A DNA stretch of 63,914 bases from Octopus bimaculoides (GCF_001194135.2 NC_068987.1:87720694-87784607), one strand, 5' to 3'; numbered from the stretch's first letter, positions 38,266 to 50,755 are shown. The notes: generated by a model not told the origin, from the letters alone. Numbers and translations: made by a program.

Positions 38266-39090
38266 ATCATCATCATCGTTTAACATCCACTTTCCATACT
38301 GGCATGGGTTGGATGGTTTGACTGAGGTCTGGAGAGCCAGAAGGCTGCACCAGGCTCCAATCTGATCTGGCAATGTTTTTACAGCTGGATGCCCTTCCTA
38401 ATGCCAACCACTCCACGAGTGTAGTGGGTGCTTTTTACATGCCACCAGCACAGGAACCAGTCAGGAAGGCCTGGCATCGATTACGTTCAGATAGTGCCTT
38501 TTACGTGCCATGGGCATGGGGGGGGGCACTCAGGAGGTACTGGCATCAGCCACATTCGGACAGTGCTTTTTACATGCCACCGGCACACACGCCAGTTAGG
38601 CGGACCTGGCATCGACCACGTTTGGATGGTGCTTTTTACGTGCCACTGACATGGGAGCCTGTTAGAGGCCACTGGCTACAACTCTGATATTGGTTTTACT
38701 TGACTCAACAGGTCTTCTCAAGTATATCATATGTTTCTTTATTGCCCACAGGGGACTAAACATAGAGAGGACAAACAAAGAGATTAAGTCAATTACATCG
38801 ACCCCAGTGCGTAACTGGTACTTATTTAATCAACCCCGAAAGGATGAAAGGTAAAGTCGACCTCAGCAGAATTTGAACTCAGAACATAACAGCAGACGAA
38901 ATACCATTAAGCATTTTGCCCTGCGTGCTAACGTTTCTGCCAGCTTGCTGCCTTTCTCAAGTATATCATATCACCCGACACATCAGGGATACTCTTAACT
39001 GGGCCAGACATGCGTGGCTACAATCTCACTTTACTTGTTGGGTCTTCTCAATCACAGCATATCTCCAAAGGTCTCAGTCTCCTGTCATAT
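38266..39090 (-). mobile_element. RTE LINE 3' end with a nested family-C SINE
   Basis: (CAT)n tail, 4-5 UTR units, and an ORF end DLWRYAVIEKTQQVK* near 39020-39085. Confidence 0.8.
38733..38953 (-). mobile_element. Family-C SINE inserted in an RTE LINE
   Basis: Exact 18-bp TSD TTCTCAAGTATATCATAT. Confidence 0.85.
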
Positions 39091-39472
39091 AGCAATATAA
39101 TCAGCATATCATCTCAACTCAACATACATTTTTTTCCCCCTATTTACCCCAATTATAGCAATGTGTTGCGAAATTTGTATCAGTTTGATTGTCAATTTGT
39201 ATAATTGAATAAAGAGTACAAATAGAAATGTCGGCAACAACAAATTAAGACAATCAACCACTAATTTTACTTAGCAGAACAAAACAAATAAACATAAAGG
39301 ATTATTAAATCAAGGTTAAATATGAAGTTAATTGGTATGTATGAAAGTAAAATTGTAATTAATTACTATGTAACTAATTTGTATACAATTCGTGTGTTTT
39401 ATTATAAAAAGTAGAATAAATGATTTTATTTGAGAAGTATTAGTGGCAATCATGTCACTGCTATTATAAATA

Positions 39473-39690
39473 CTTGAAGCCATTAGTATTTAAACTGGCC
39501 GAATATGGCCCAAATATTCTGTTTTATGTTTAGAATGGCTAGATATGGCCTCTCGCACATACTCTACAAAAATAAACAATCACGTCATAGAAATCTCAAA
39601 GCTACAGGATGACACACGATTATTTAAAAAACAACGTGAATAGAGAAGGATTACATTTGACAGAGTAATCTGAATGCTAAAGGGATTAAT
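39473..39690. mobile_element. Second piggyBac-type MITE family copy
   Basis: It ends in CTGAATGCTAAAGGGATTAA and has a degenerate left end. A related fragment lies at about 33385-33460. Confidence 0.45.
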
Positions 39691-40329
39691 GTCATTGGAA
39701 ATCAATCTATCATTATTGAAGACAAAATTCCATCCAATCTACAAAAACATGGAAAAGTAGAGGTTAAAATGATGGTGATGATATTAAAGTGTATGGGAGG
39801 CTTTGCTAATACCCATGACATTTTTGCCAAAGTTCTCAAGCATGAAAGACCACTGAGGCATGATGTACTGCAACAAATCTGCAATAGATCTGGTTCTACA
39901 GAGACTATGCCAGTGGCTAGAATCCTAACAGGCTGAAGATGATGGAAAGTGTTGTTGTTTATAGCCATTTCCAATGCTTTTGAGATGGTGAAGGTGAATG
40001 GAATACAAGGTATGATGTTTTCACAAAGTAAGTACAGGTGTGCTAAGAAGTTTGCTTCCCAACCACATGGTTTCAAGCGTCTTCTACTATGGTGCCAGGC
40101 TGATTGAATCCTTGTCAGGGAATCTGGTAGATAGAAACTGAAAGAAGCCCATCATGTGCGTGTGTCGTTGCCATGACAGTGAGTGGGTGTCACTGTCATG
40201 CCTAATGAGGTCCTTTGTTTCTGATGTTCCATGAAAACATGGAGAAATATTACCTTGCTTCGAAACAAGTGAAGGTCAACAACAGGAAGGGCATTCGGTT
40301 GTAGAAAATCTGCCTCAATGAATACCCTA

Positions 40330-40655
40330 CAACTGGTAAAGGTGCTTTTTACATGGCACCAGCATCCACGAGCCTGCAAGATTAGGAAAGCACAGCTGGA
40401 GAGGGATGTAGGGGACGTGCCTCTATGCAAAGAAGCACAGCAAACCACCAAGGGTCTCAGTCCCCTGTTATCCCCTCTATTGGGCCCAACATCTGAAGAT
40501 CCTTTCTCACTACTTCATCCCGTCTTCCTCGGTCTACCCCTTCCATATGTTCTCACCACAATTAGAAACTGGCATATCTTGATGTAACTGTAGTGTACAG
40601 TCAGCTCTCTTGCACAATACATCTGATGCCTCGTTTACCTGACGACTTCCCTCAA
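40330..40655 (-). mobile_element. RTE LINE ORF C-terminal fragment
   Basis: Across frameshifts: GIRCIVQE...SYIKICQFLIVVRTYGRGRPRKT.DEVVRKDLQMLG, with the RTE GRGRPRKTW motif. Confidence 0.75.
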
Positions 40656-41682
40656 TATATTTCACATTAATTTTACAGTAGCAAGAAGCAGCAAACAGGA
40701 CAAAATACTCAGCCCTATTTTTCTGGATCTACATTCCAAGTTCAAATTCCACCAAAGTAGATTTTACTTTTCATCCTTTTGGGATCAATAAAATAAGTAC
40801 CAATTGAGTATTGGAATCTGTGTAATTGGCTTAATCCTCCCTATAAAATTGCTTGTGACAAAATTAGAATTTTACAACAGGAACTGCATAATAAAATCCT
40901 AAATTTTATGAGCATCTCATAGTAAATTAAACAGAAATGATTTTAACTAGATCGTTTTGTCAAAACTAAATCTGTTCTCTTATGCCATAATGGGGAGAAG
41001 TCTTCTAGCTACGATGAATAGAAATTGAATTCAAGATTTAACATTGACACATATATTGATAGTAGAACACTAATATTTACAGGAAGCTGATTAAATTTCT
41101 TTGTATCATATTTGTACTGTTCAGTCTTTTGCCTATAAGGCAAACAACTGTTTTACTAAATTCAAACATTTGCATACCATTATAAAAATGAGAAAGAAAA
41201 CTTGTACCTTGATTTTGTTTTCTTTCTTTTTCTATTTTTTTTTGTTGTTTGTTATTTCAATGAGTGTTATGTTAATTAGTGAGGGAAAGGAAGCTCTTCC
41301 AAATTAGTCTGCAACTCTGAATTTCAGAACAGAAAAAAAAAATGCTGTTTAGACTGACCACCATGTTAAATGGGAATGACGATGCAAGTTTTCATATCTG
41401 CTATGTGTATACACACACACACACACAGTAGTAAGACAGGTAGGATGGAGAGTTTTGCTGTGGGTAGAGTTGGAAAGAGAACAGGTAGCAAACATAATGG
41501 CTTCTATGAAGAGGAGTGATATTTTACTAAGCCATCTTGGTTGAAAAGTAATACAAAAGAATTCTACAAAGTTTCTAAAGACTCTTGGCAAAGGAACAGA
41601 AGATTCCATGCATTCCTGTGTAAAGAAGAAGTTTACCTCCCAACCACTTGGTTCTGAGTTCAATCCTATAGTGTGGTAATTT

Positions 41683-42087
41683 GGCGCAGGCGTGGCTGCG
41701 TAGTGAAATGCTTGCTCCCCTACATGGTTCTGGGTTCAGTCCCACTGCGTGGCACCTTGGGCAAGTGTCTTCTACTATAGTTTCAGGCTGACCAAAGCCT
41801 TGTAAGTGGATTCGGTAGACGGAGACTAAAAGCCCATTGAGGATATATATGTGTGTGTGTGTGTGTGTGGTGTGCATATGTGTGTCTGTGTTAGTCCCCC
41901 TACCATCGCTTGACAACCGATGTTGATGTGTTTATGTCCCCCATAACTTAGCTGTTTGGCAAAAAAAAACTGATAGAATAAGTACTAGGCTTGCAAAGAA
42001 TAAGTCCTGGGGTCAATTTGTTCAACTAAAGGCAGTGCTCCAGCATGGCTGCAGTCAAATGACTGACAGAAGAATAAAAGAATAAAA
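41683..42087 (+). mobile_element. Well-preserved family-A SINE inserted in an older A2 SINE
   Basis: GGCGCAGGCGTGGCTGCGTAG head. An older head precedes it and the older body resumes at about 42088. Confidence 0.8.
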
Positions 42088-42199
42088 TGTCTTACTATAA
42101 CCCTGGGCCAACTTGTGAGTAGATTTGGTACACAGGAACTGAATGAAGCCCATCATGTGTCTGTATGCGTAAGTAACATGATTTATACAAGAGTAAATA

Positions 42200-42237
<38 letters not shown>

Positions 42238-42677
42238 ATGAATTGATGTTTCCTTGTCTATTGTAGAAAGTGTCCTCTTCATACGAGAATGTTGTTTGTT
42301 TCCAGTCTTCCATAGAAAACATGCCTAGTTAAAGTAATTACCTTGCTTGGAAACAGATGAAGTTTGGTGATAGGGATAGCATCCCGTTGTAGGAAAATCT
42401 GCCACAACAAATTCCATCCAACCCATGCAAGCAAGGAAAAGCATACAATAACAATGATGACAAAGTTAATAAAACAGAAAATTCCTGCAACAAACAACTC
42501 AGGCATCCAAGAACTAAATGAGGATATTAAACATGGCAGTGTGTTAGGCTGCCATCTTTGGACAGGCAATATCAACAATTTAACTTTCCTTTGCAAAAAT
42601 GTTTGGGATCAAGCTATTGGTTATTCAAACAGAATATTTTCATTTTCCTCATTCATTTTTCATGATTTAGGGCAATA

Positions 42678-43103
42678 CAGGTGAGCTGGCAGAATCGTTA
42701 GCACATCAGGTGAAATGCTTAGCGGTATTTTATCTGTCTTTATGTGCTGAGTTCTAATTCTGCCGAAGTCGACTTTGCCTTTCATCCTTTTGGGGTTGAT
42801 AAATTAAGCACCAGTTGCACACTGGGGTCGATCTAATTGACTGGCCCCCTCCCCAAAAGTTTTTGGGCCTTGTACCTAGAGTAGAAAAGAATAATAAACA
42901 TACACGAGGGCGGCAAGCTGGACGAAATACTTAGCGGTATTTTGTGTCTTTGCATTCTGAGTTCAAATTCTGCCGAGGTCGATTTTGCCTTTCATCCTTT
43001 CAGGGTTGATTAAATAAGTACCAGTTACGCACTGAGGTCAAGATAATCAACTTAATCTGTTTGTCTGTCCTTGTTTAACCCCCTGTGGGCAATAAAGAAA
43101 TAA
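42678..43103 (+). mobile_element. Two adjacent family-C SINEs with different 3' tails
   Basis: They share head and core but diverge after GGGGTCGAT. Other C copies lie at about 30425-30632(-), 34485-34680(-), 40665-40865(+), 51530-51720(-) and 53874-54095(+). Confidence 0.75.
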
Positions 43104-43254
43104 AATACAGTTGGTTCAAATCTGAGTGTCTCTATAACAATGCTTTCCATTCTGAACAGCTAAGTAATAAGCAGTTAGGAACAGGATGTGGAAGTCTGAG
43201 AAATCTAAAGAAAATGTCATCTTGAAAGACACAAGAAAGAAACCCAGGATATAT

Positions 43255-43667
43255 CTTATTTTATAGCCAATGACTAGTTTCAGTCATTGGACTGTGGCCA
43301 TGCTGGGGCATCACCTTGAAGCGTTTAGTTGAACAAATCAATCCCAGTACTTATTTTAGACTAGCACTTATTCTACTGATCCCTTTTGCCAAACTGCTAA
43401 GTTATAGGATGTAAACAAACCAACACTAGTTGTCAAGTGGTAGGAGGGGACAAACACACACATGAATACACACACACACACATGTGCACATGCATACACA
43501 CAAGCACAGGATGGCTTCCACACAGTTTCTGCTAACCAAATTCTCTCACAAGGTGTTGATTGGCCCAGGTCTGTAGTAGCAGACACTTGTTCAAGGTATT
43601 GTGCAATGGGACCGAACCTAAAACAATGTGGTTGTAAAGTGAGCTTCTTAACCACAAAGCCAAGCCT
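43255..43667 (-). mobile_element. Family-A SINE
   Basis: Reverse complement of the A consensus. Confidence 0.75.
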
Positions 43668-44010
43668 ACACCTTCAGAGAAACAGATGTGTGAGATCCAA
43701 TGTCAGAACAAGCAGTTAACCATATATATCATATTTGGTTGGAATCTAGTTTCCACATACAAACAAACTCTCTACCTGGTCACTACAACTACTCAAATCA
43801 TCAACTAAATCTCCATGGATTCCCACCTTACCAACTTAAAAGAAGGACACTACTTAATGCAGTCCTAGATGCATTAGATCTCGAAAAGAATAAAGGGGTG
43901 GGGCAGTCACAGCTGGAAACACAATTTAATTTAATCTTAAATCAGACCTAACCCATGCTTAACAATTACAGCTCTTTGCCAATGCAAAAAAGAAAAAAAT
44001 TATACACATA

Positions 44011-44458
44011 GGTGCAGGTGTGGCTGTGTGGTAAATAGCTTGCTTACCAACCACATGGTTCCAAGTTCAGTCCCACTGTGTGGCACTTTGGGCAAATGTC
44101 TTCAACTATAGCCTCGGGCCAACCAAAGCTTTGTGAGTAGATTTGGTAGACTGAAACTGAAAGAAGCCTGTTATGTGTGTGTGTGCATGTGTGTGTATGC
44201 TTGTGTGTGTGTATGCTTGTGTGTGTGTGTGTGTGTGTGTGTATGCTTGTGTGTGTGTATGCTTGTGTGTGTGTATGCTTGTGTGTGTTTGTCCCCCTAC
44301 TATCGCTTGACAACCAATGTTGGTGTGTTTATGACCCCATAACTGAGCGGTTCACCAAAAGAGACCAATAGAATAAGTCCTGAGGTTGATTAGTTCGACT
44401 AGAGGCGGTGCTCCAGCATGGCCAAAGTCAAACAACTGAAACAAATCAAAGAATAAAA
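44011..44458 (+). mobile_element. Family-A SINE with a GTGTGTATGCTT-type internal repeat
   Basis: Head and tail are present. The internal (TG)n is interrupted five times by ATGCTT/ATG. Confidence 0.8.
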
Positions 44459-45693
44459 CATTAAAGAAATACAAGATTGTATCTCAGAGAAGATTGGCAA
44501 GAAAGGACCGGACAGAAGAAGATGGGAAAAGATTAGAGTAATTGGAAAGGAATACATCAACAGCAACAAGTGAATGCATCAGAGAGAATTCGAGACATGC
44601 CAAAGAGTTAAAAAACAGTAAAAATAAAGTTCTGGTGAAAAAGAGTTAATGAACAGAACACAGAAGTGAACATAAAAAGATGTTGATAACATCTGTCACT
44701 AATAATCATTCTTTTAATAATATGTCCACTGTCTATTCAGGACAGCAGAGCCTGATTAGGAACTGAGATTCTATGTATATCGGTAGGGAGATATTGCAGC
44801 TATCTCCAGCAGTCGAGTGTTCACCACTGATGGGGCCAGGGAAGGCCGAAATCATGTGATCAGGTGGTGATGGTGGCAAGTGATTTTTCTATCGCTGGCA
44901 ATGTAAACGAGAATTCATATGCACCAAAAGCCCATATGGGAGGAGAGGGTTCCCCTCATAGTAACTATCGCAGTATAGTGTATTCTAACACAACATTCAC
45001 TTTTAAGTGGGGAAAATACTACCTTTTGGTATTAAAAATGCTTCTGTTGCTAATAATTATCTAAAAGATGCTTGTTCTTCATTCACCTTTCATAAATGTT
45101 GCTTTGGCCAGGAGGAATTTAGGCCAACAGTTGGTACCCAACAATCACTGGGTGTTTCAGCCTTGAACTTTAATGCCTGCCCGTTGGTGGGTCAGCAATG
45201 GTGGCCAAATCACTGTTTACCATCTCCTCCTGGCTTTCAACTTAATTCCTCCCCCTTGCTCTGTTTCTGCTGCCACTTCAATCGTGTAAGCAGCTGTCTT
45301 TTGCTCTTTTCTTCTTATTCCAAAAATGGTAGCTGTACACAGGATGGGAGAAATTTAATAAATACAACACAAGAGTAAACATAAATAGAGGTTGTTCAAA
45401 GAACTGCAAATATGATTAATCTATTATTTGTTTGAGATAATGGTCAATCAATTTTAGTTCAAGACATTCTGAATGTCACCTGAAAATGTTACTGAAGAAT
45501 CTTAATCACACGTCAGTCAATATTCAAACGGTACTCGTAAGATCAGTAGAAATGGAAAGATGGCAGTGTATGTCAGCATGACCTGGTAATGAGTTTTACC
45601 AAAAAAAAAAGATTTGATCACAGCGTAAGACATAGAAAACAGCTCTTCTTCCTTACAACGGAATACAACTTATATAAAAAGATTAAGTATTAA

Positions 45694-46212
45694 CCCCTTA
45701 AAGGGTGAGAAAGGTTTGCATTGAATGCCTGTACCAAACAAGCAAGAAACAAAAAAATATCTTAAGGATAGGTTTTATACTTATTTTCACTTTAGATAGG
45801 TACAAAAACCATGAAAAGGATATTTTAACTCTTCGATTATAAAAATAAAGACGAAAGGGCAATAAAAGAACTGTTAAGTTCCTAAATTTAATGTTTTTTT
45901 AATAAATTGGAGAGAAATCGGTTTACTATCTTCATCCAAAGTTAGTAGTAGAAGTATCATTTTCTTCTGTGCTATCTAAAGCATCATCATCGTCATCTGC
46001 TTCATTTGATGATGAAGGAAATCCCGAAAAAACTTCATTGCCACTTGATCTCTCCCATCAATAAGGACCACTTACGCTTAGGTGTATTCGACAAAGTAGA
46101 AGCTCAGGTGTCAATTGATGATGGCCGTATCCACATAAAATTTTTGAAACATCAGTTTATGATGTTCACTTCTCTAATGAAACATCAATTGATGAGGTCT
46201 ACCATTTAAGGG
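45694..46212 (-). mobile_element. piggyBac-like deletion derivative
   Basis: TTAA|CCCCTTAAAGGGT...ACCATTTAAGGG|TTAA. Minus-strand 45932-46057 reads WERSSGNEVFSGFPSSSNEADDDDDALDSTEENDTSTTNFG*. Confidence 0.55.
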
Positions 46213-46731
46213 TTAATGCCTATTACAAGGCATTTTATATTCATGTCATCTTACTTCAAAGAGGAGAAAATTTCACTAACTGAAAGGAACTTAAATAATA
46301 AATTAAGTTTCAACATTTTGAGGAGAAATTTATTCAAGAGCCTTTCAGTTTGTGAATTTAAATACTTCACTCCTGTCCTGAGATTTAGTTCAAAACCTGC
46401 TACACACATTGTGATGTATCATGATCAAAGACCATAACTCTGCTTAACTGTCAAGATGGTGAATAAATTCAGTTCATAATTCATGAATGCTTCTCATTTA
46501 GGAGATCTAATAGAAAAATTGATTTTTCTCCAACAAAACTATCCCTCCCAGGTTCAGTAAAGTGAGAGACAGGCATGAGCTCCCATGAGCACACATAAAA
46601 ATAAACTGAGCACGTATTTTTGTCAATATAATTGCAATGCCAAACACAGTTATTTCAACTGTCATAAATTTGTTACAGACATTATTACAGAAATAATCCA
46701 TGAGCATAAAAGATAGATAGCAGTCATGGTC

Positions 46732-46770
46732 AAACTGCAGGTCACATGTGGCGGCCTCTTTTGGGCTTCT
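46732..46770. mobile_element. hAT-like terminal sequence, possibly the 3' end of the decayed hAT element
   Basis: CAGTCATGGTCAAACTGCAGGTCACATGTGGCGGCC resembles hAT termini. The partner TIR was not found. Confidence 0.35.
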
Positions 46771-46793
46771 GAATGGAACACCTAATTTCACAT

Positions 46794-46987
46794 CTCTTTA
46801 CTCTTTTACTTGTTTCAGTCATTTGACTGTGACCATGCTGGAGCACCACCTTTAGTCGAGCAAATCGACCCCAGGACTTATTCTTTGGAAGCCTGGTACT
46901 TATTCTATCGGTCTCTTCTGCCGAACCGCTAAGTTACGGGGACGTAAACACACCAGCATCAGTTGTCAAGCGATGTTGGGGGGACAA

Positions 46988-47045
<58 letters not shown>

Positions 47046-47197
47046 CGGGCTTCTTTCAGTTTCCGTCTACCAAATTTACTCACAAAGCTTTGGTCGGCCC
47101 AAGGCTATAGTAGAAGACACTTGCCCAAGGTACCACACAGTGGGACTGAACCCGGAACCATGTGGTTTGTAAGCAAGCTACTTACCACACAGCCACT
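46794..47197 (-). mobile_element. Well-preserved family-A SINE
   Basis: Full body with an internal (TA)n. Further A copies lie at about 4130-4470, 10800-11205, 15195-15585, 19790-20000, 24860-25125 and 35750-36110. Confidence 0.8.
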
Positions 47198-48419
47198 CAT
47201 AGAATCAATAAAGTAATCATTCCTCTCAGAAAGCCATATTCCATGCATCCTTGTTGTGACAGTGGTATGGCATCATTAAACTGGGAACCATGTGAAAACA
47301 AGTTACTGGTGCTACATGTGTTCAAATTACACACCCAAAATCTATTATGTCTACTCCAGTGTCCAATGACTACAGGTTGCCCTAGCCTCTGTGTCTACGG
47401 CAAGCTGAAGTAAAAAATCAATCACTGCATTATCTCCTTTGATTTGCTTGGTTCTTCCAGTCTGACAATATCCTGCTTATTAGAATATGTGACTTGATGT
47501 CATCCTGATGCAGACATCAAGAAAAAAGGAGGGTTAAAAAGCACTCCCTGTAGGATACCAGTAATTAATGTAAGACCAATGAAGCTATCTCTTTTTATAT
47601 AGTATTTTGAGACCAATAGCAGCACATATCTAATCCATGACTAAGTCACAGCAATGAAACTCTACCCTTCACCCTATTTTGTAGAGGAGTAAAAAAAAAG
47701 AATGGTTATTTCAAGGAGTATTTATGAGACAAGAAAACATTTTAAAATACATTTTGTTTAGACTTTTAAAAACAGTTTTTAGTTACAAATCTCATGTATA
47801 AAAACTTATGTAATCATGCTGTTGTTGTTCTTGTTTGTTCCTTCTCAAGACATGCCTGGCTCATAAGGGCTGGTTTCCTGGTTTCATTGGAGTATAGGTT
47901 CCCCACCTGGATGGGATGCCAGTCCATCTCAAGTGAGCTGCTAGATGCAGGAGGAAAGAGTGAGAGAAAGTTGTGGCAAAAAGAGTCAGCAGAAGTTTGC
48001 CATTACCTTCTGCCAGAGCCATGTAGAGCATAGGTGTTTCATTCATAAACACACACATTGCCCAGTCTGAGGTTTGAACCCACAAACCCTCGACCATGAG
48101 TCCCCTGCTCTAACCACTAGGCCATGTGCCTCCACTATGTAATCCTACTTTCTTTTGTTTTTTAAATGTGATGGTTTGGAAGTTGTAAGAGGTCAAGATA
48201 TGTCCCCGTTTCATATAATAGATTAAATATTTTAATTAAGGATAAATTTACAAGTTTTAATTAAATGAAGAATACTTGAACAGATTTTTTTTTTGTACAT
48301 ATATTTGGGAAAATTTAATAAATGAAATGAAAACATTTTTGCAAATACAATGATGCCAAACAGTTATTTGCAACTGTCACAAATTAGTTACAAGCATAGC
48401 AGATACATTCTAAAGGGCA

Positions 48420-49030
48420 TTCTCTGAAGCTGTAAAACCTTTGAAGAATCTTCCTTTCACTCAGCACAGTAGTAAACCAGGTTACCATTTATATTCTTCA
48501 AAGACCTCTCTAATCTAGTGAGAGTTATGTACTCAAGACTTCATAATATTTATGGTAGGAACAACAACAAGCATAACATTTTCAAATTTTACAGAGAGCA
48601 TAAGTTTTCTTGAAATATGCAATGAATTCTTGCATGTCACGGTTTACTAAATTCAAAGAAATTAATTCATCTTAATACGGACAGAAAACCTATCTTAGGC
48701 CCAATCATTACAGGGGTCCCCCATCTGTTGCTACAATGACAAGACTTCCAAGTGGGAAATTCAACTTTGTTGTTGCTTTCTTCAATTCTTCATAAATGTT
48801 AGATCTTAAAATGTCTTTCATTGTCTGAAGAGCAAGTAATTCTTAGATAATATTCAAAGATTTATCAATACCACATATGAAAATTGCTGGTTGGTCCAAA
48901 TCAGATATATCTTCCATTATCAATAGCCAGTGGAAAGGAATCAAGTTCTCTTATTTTTCCTGACAGTGTACCTTCAATATCTGCTGCAATTTCTTCAACC
49001 TGTCTTTAATAATACGGAACGTATCAAAGC
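48420..49030 (-). pseudogene. Decayed hAT transposase (Buster/SPIN/GTF2IRD2-like)
   Basis: Fragments across frameshifts and stops: QVEEIAADIEGTLSGKIRELDSFPLAID; QPAIFICGIDKSLNII*ELLALQTMKD; LVIVATDGG; RIHCIFQENLCS; KFENVMLVVVPTINIM; KILQRFYSFRE. These are collinear with the hAT DDE motifs SLALDES, TDGA, HCxxHQENLC and GKVLxRF. Confidence 0.85.
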
Positions 49031-49444
49031 AACAGCATATGTTAATCACACTTTCATCAGTGTTTCTCTATTTCTAAGGCAGAGGTTTTTTCATATGGTC
49101 TTCAATAGTGAAAATGGGCCAACATACTTTCAATGAAAAATTGCTCTATATTGATATTTTGGGGAGGGTAGTGTGGCCCACCTTATGATTAGACAGATCT
49201 CCTGCAACCACTGATCAAAATCGGTTGCCAACGCCAGATATATTCGTTATGTAAGCTATAGAAAAATATTCTATGATAAAGCCAGCAGGAAAATTTGCCG
49301 AAGACACTTTCAGTGACAGACAATATACAATTTAATTCCAGTTATAAAACAACATCTATAATCAAGAAAGTAACCTCTTTTTAAGGATGAAACATTTGTT
49401 TTTTTTATCCACTGTTTTTAATACAAATTAATACTGAACCAAAT

Positions 49445-49910
49445 TCGATGACTGGCACCCGTACCAGTGGAGCGCTAACAGCACCATCCAAGCGGGATAA
49501 CTGCCAGAGCAGCAGTCTGGCTTCCGTGCTGGTGGCATGTAAAAAGAACCATTTGAGCGTGATCGTTACCAGCGTCGCCTTACTGGCACTTGTGCTGGTG
49601 GCATGCGAACAAAACATTCAAGTGAGGTTGTTGCCAGCGCTGCTGGACTGACTCCTGTGCAGATGGCACATAAAAACACCACTTGAGCGTGGCTGTTGCC
49701 AGTACTGCTAAACTGGCTTTCAAACCGGTGGCACATAAAAGCACCCACTACACTCTCGGAGTGGTTGGCGTTAGGAAGGGCATCCAGCTGTAGAAACTCT
49801 GCCAGATCAGATTGGAGCCTGGTGCAGCCATCTGGTTCGCCAGTCCTCAGTCAAATCGTCCAACCCATGCTAGCATGGAAAGCGGACATTAAACGATGAT
49901 GATGATGATG
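49445..49910 (+). mobile_element. 5'-truncated RTE LINE 3' UTR with about five 60-bp tandem units and a (GAT)n tail
   Basis: Repeated GTGGCA(C/T)GTAAAAAGCACC units, then GGCGTTAGGAAGGGCATCCAGCTGTAGAAA...GCATGGAAAGCGGACATTAAACGATGATGATG. Confidence 0.8.
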
Positions 49911-50444
49911 AATTTATTTTGTAGGAGTGAAAGAGTTTTAGATAACTATAGCCACTTAACTATATCTTTTCACTTCATCTCGAAGAGAATGACATCCACA
50001 TCAATATATTAATATTTAAGTGTTATTTCCTTCCCAGACTTCAACTACTAGAAATACTCATAACGACTGTAATTTGCAAAAGGGAAATACACTGATTAAA
50101 AGAAGCAGCATTAAGTATATAAAAACAATGTTAAACCAGGCTGTTTTAAAGCTATTCAATTGTACACGAAAGCTGCTCAATATATTTTATAAATGTTTCT
50201 TTCCGTAACTTTATACATACAACTCTCGATCTTTGATCCTGTTCCAATGAAGCAAACACTTTTATAAACAAATTCATTCAAATGTTGTACTTTAAAAAAA
50301 AACAAAAAAAAACTTGTTTAATTTCAAAATATAATTACATTACCGATTAAATATGTTAAGGGAAAAAAAAAAAAACTTGTAAAAAGCCAAGGAGAAAATC
50401 CAATGATCTAAGAAACTAAAAACTGATTAAACATTAATACTTAC

Positions 50445-50502
50445 TCCACATAATAAACAACACCTTCTGGGGTAATACTCCATTCCCAGCCACTAGGGAG
50501 AT
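50445..50502 (-). CDS. PLEKHA7: PLEKHA5/6/7-like gene, coding exon (WW2 first half): (D)LPSGWEWSITPEGVVYYV(D)
   Basis: Minus strand reads ttatttttgcag|AT CTC CCT AGT GGC TGG GAA TGG...TAT TAT GTG GA|gtaagt. It is 58 nt, phase 1 to phase 2, compatible with the previous exon. It shows the canonical WW motif LPxGWE...G.vYYvD. Confidence 0.92.
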
Positions 50503-50623
50503 CTGCAAAAATAAATGGTAAACATAAAGAATTATAAAAAAAAAGAAATTAAAACCAAAGTTTTAGAATATAATCCACTACAAACTTTAAAGTTATTTCC
50601 TGTCTCAAGTGGATTCAACATAA

Positions 50624-50755
50624 ATTAATAGATGCTACTTTAGTGTGCAGTCTACATGGCAGTCTGACCCTAACCCCTCGACCAGATCAGATCATTTCAC
50701 AGCATAAGACTATCGATATAGCAATAGACTGCATGCTAAAGTAGCACCAATTAAT
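50624..50755. mobile_element. About 130-bp hairpin/MITE with a CCCTAACCC core
   Basis: 31-bp inverted repeat at 50624-50654/50725-50755 (27/31) with ATTAAT ends. Confidence 0.6.

Larger units (their letters stand above)
2623..50444 (-). other. 47.8-kb GT-AG intron splitting the second WW domain
   Basis: Bounded by the gtaagt donor (50444) and tttcag acceptor (2623) of the flanking exons. I found no convincing in-frame exon inside it. Confidence 0.75.

Noticed and set aside
49445-49745. CRISPR-like look of a conserved core of about 19 bp alternating with variable stretches of about 40 bp
   Set aside because: The 'spacers' are homologous to each other, the array is an RTE LINE 3' UTR present in many copies, the context is eukaryotic, and there are no cas genes.
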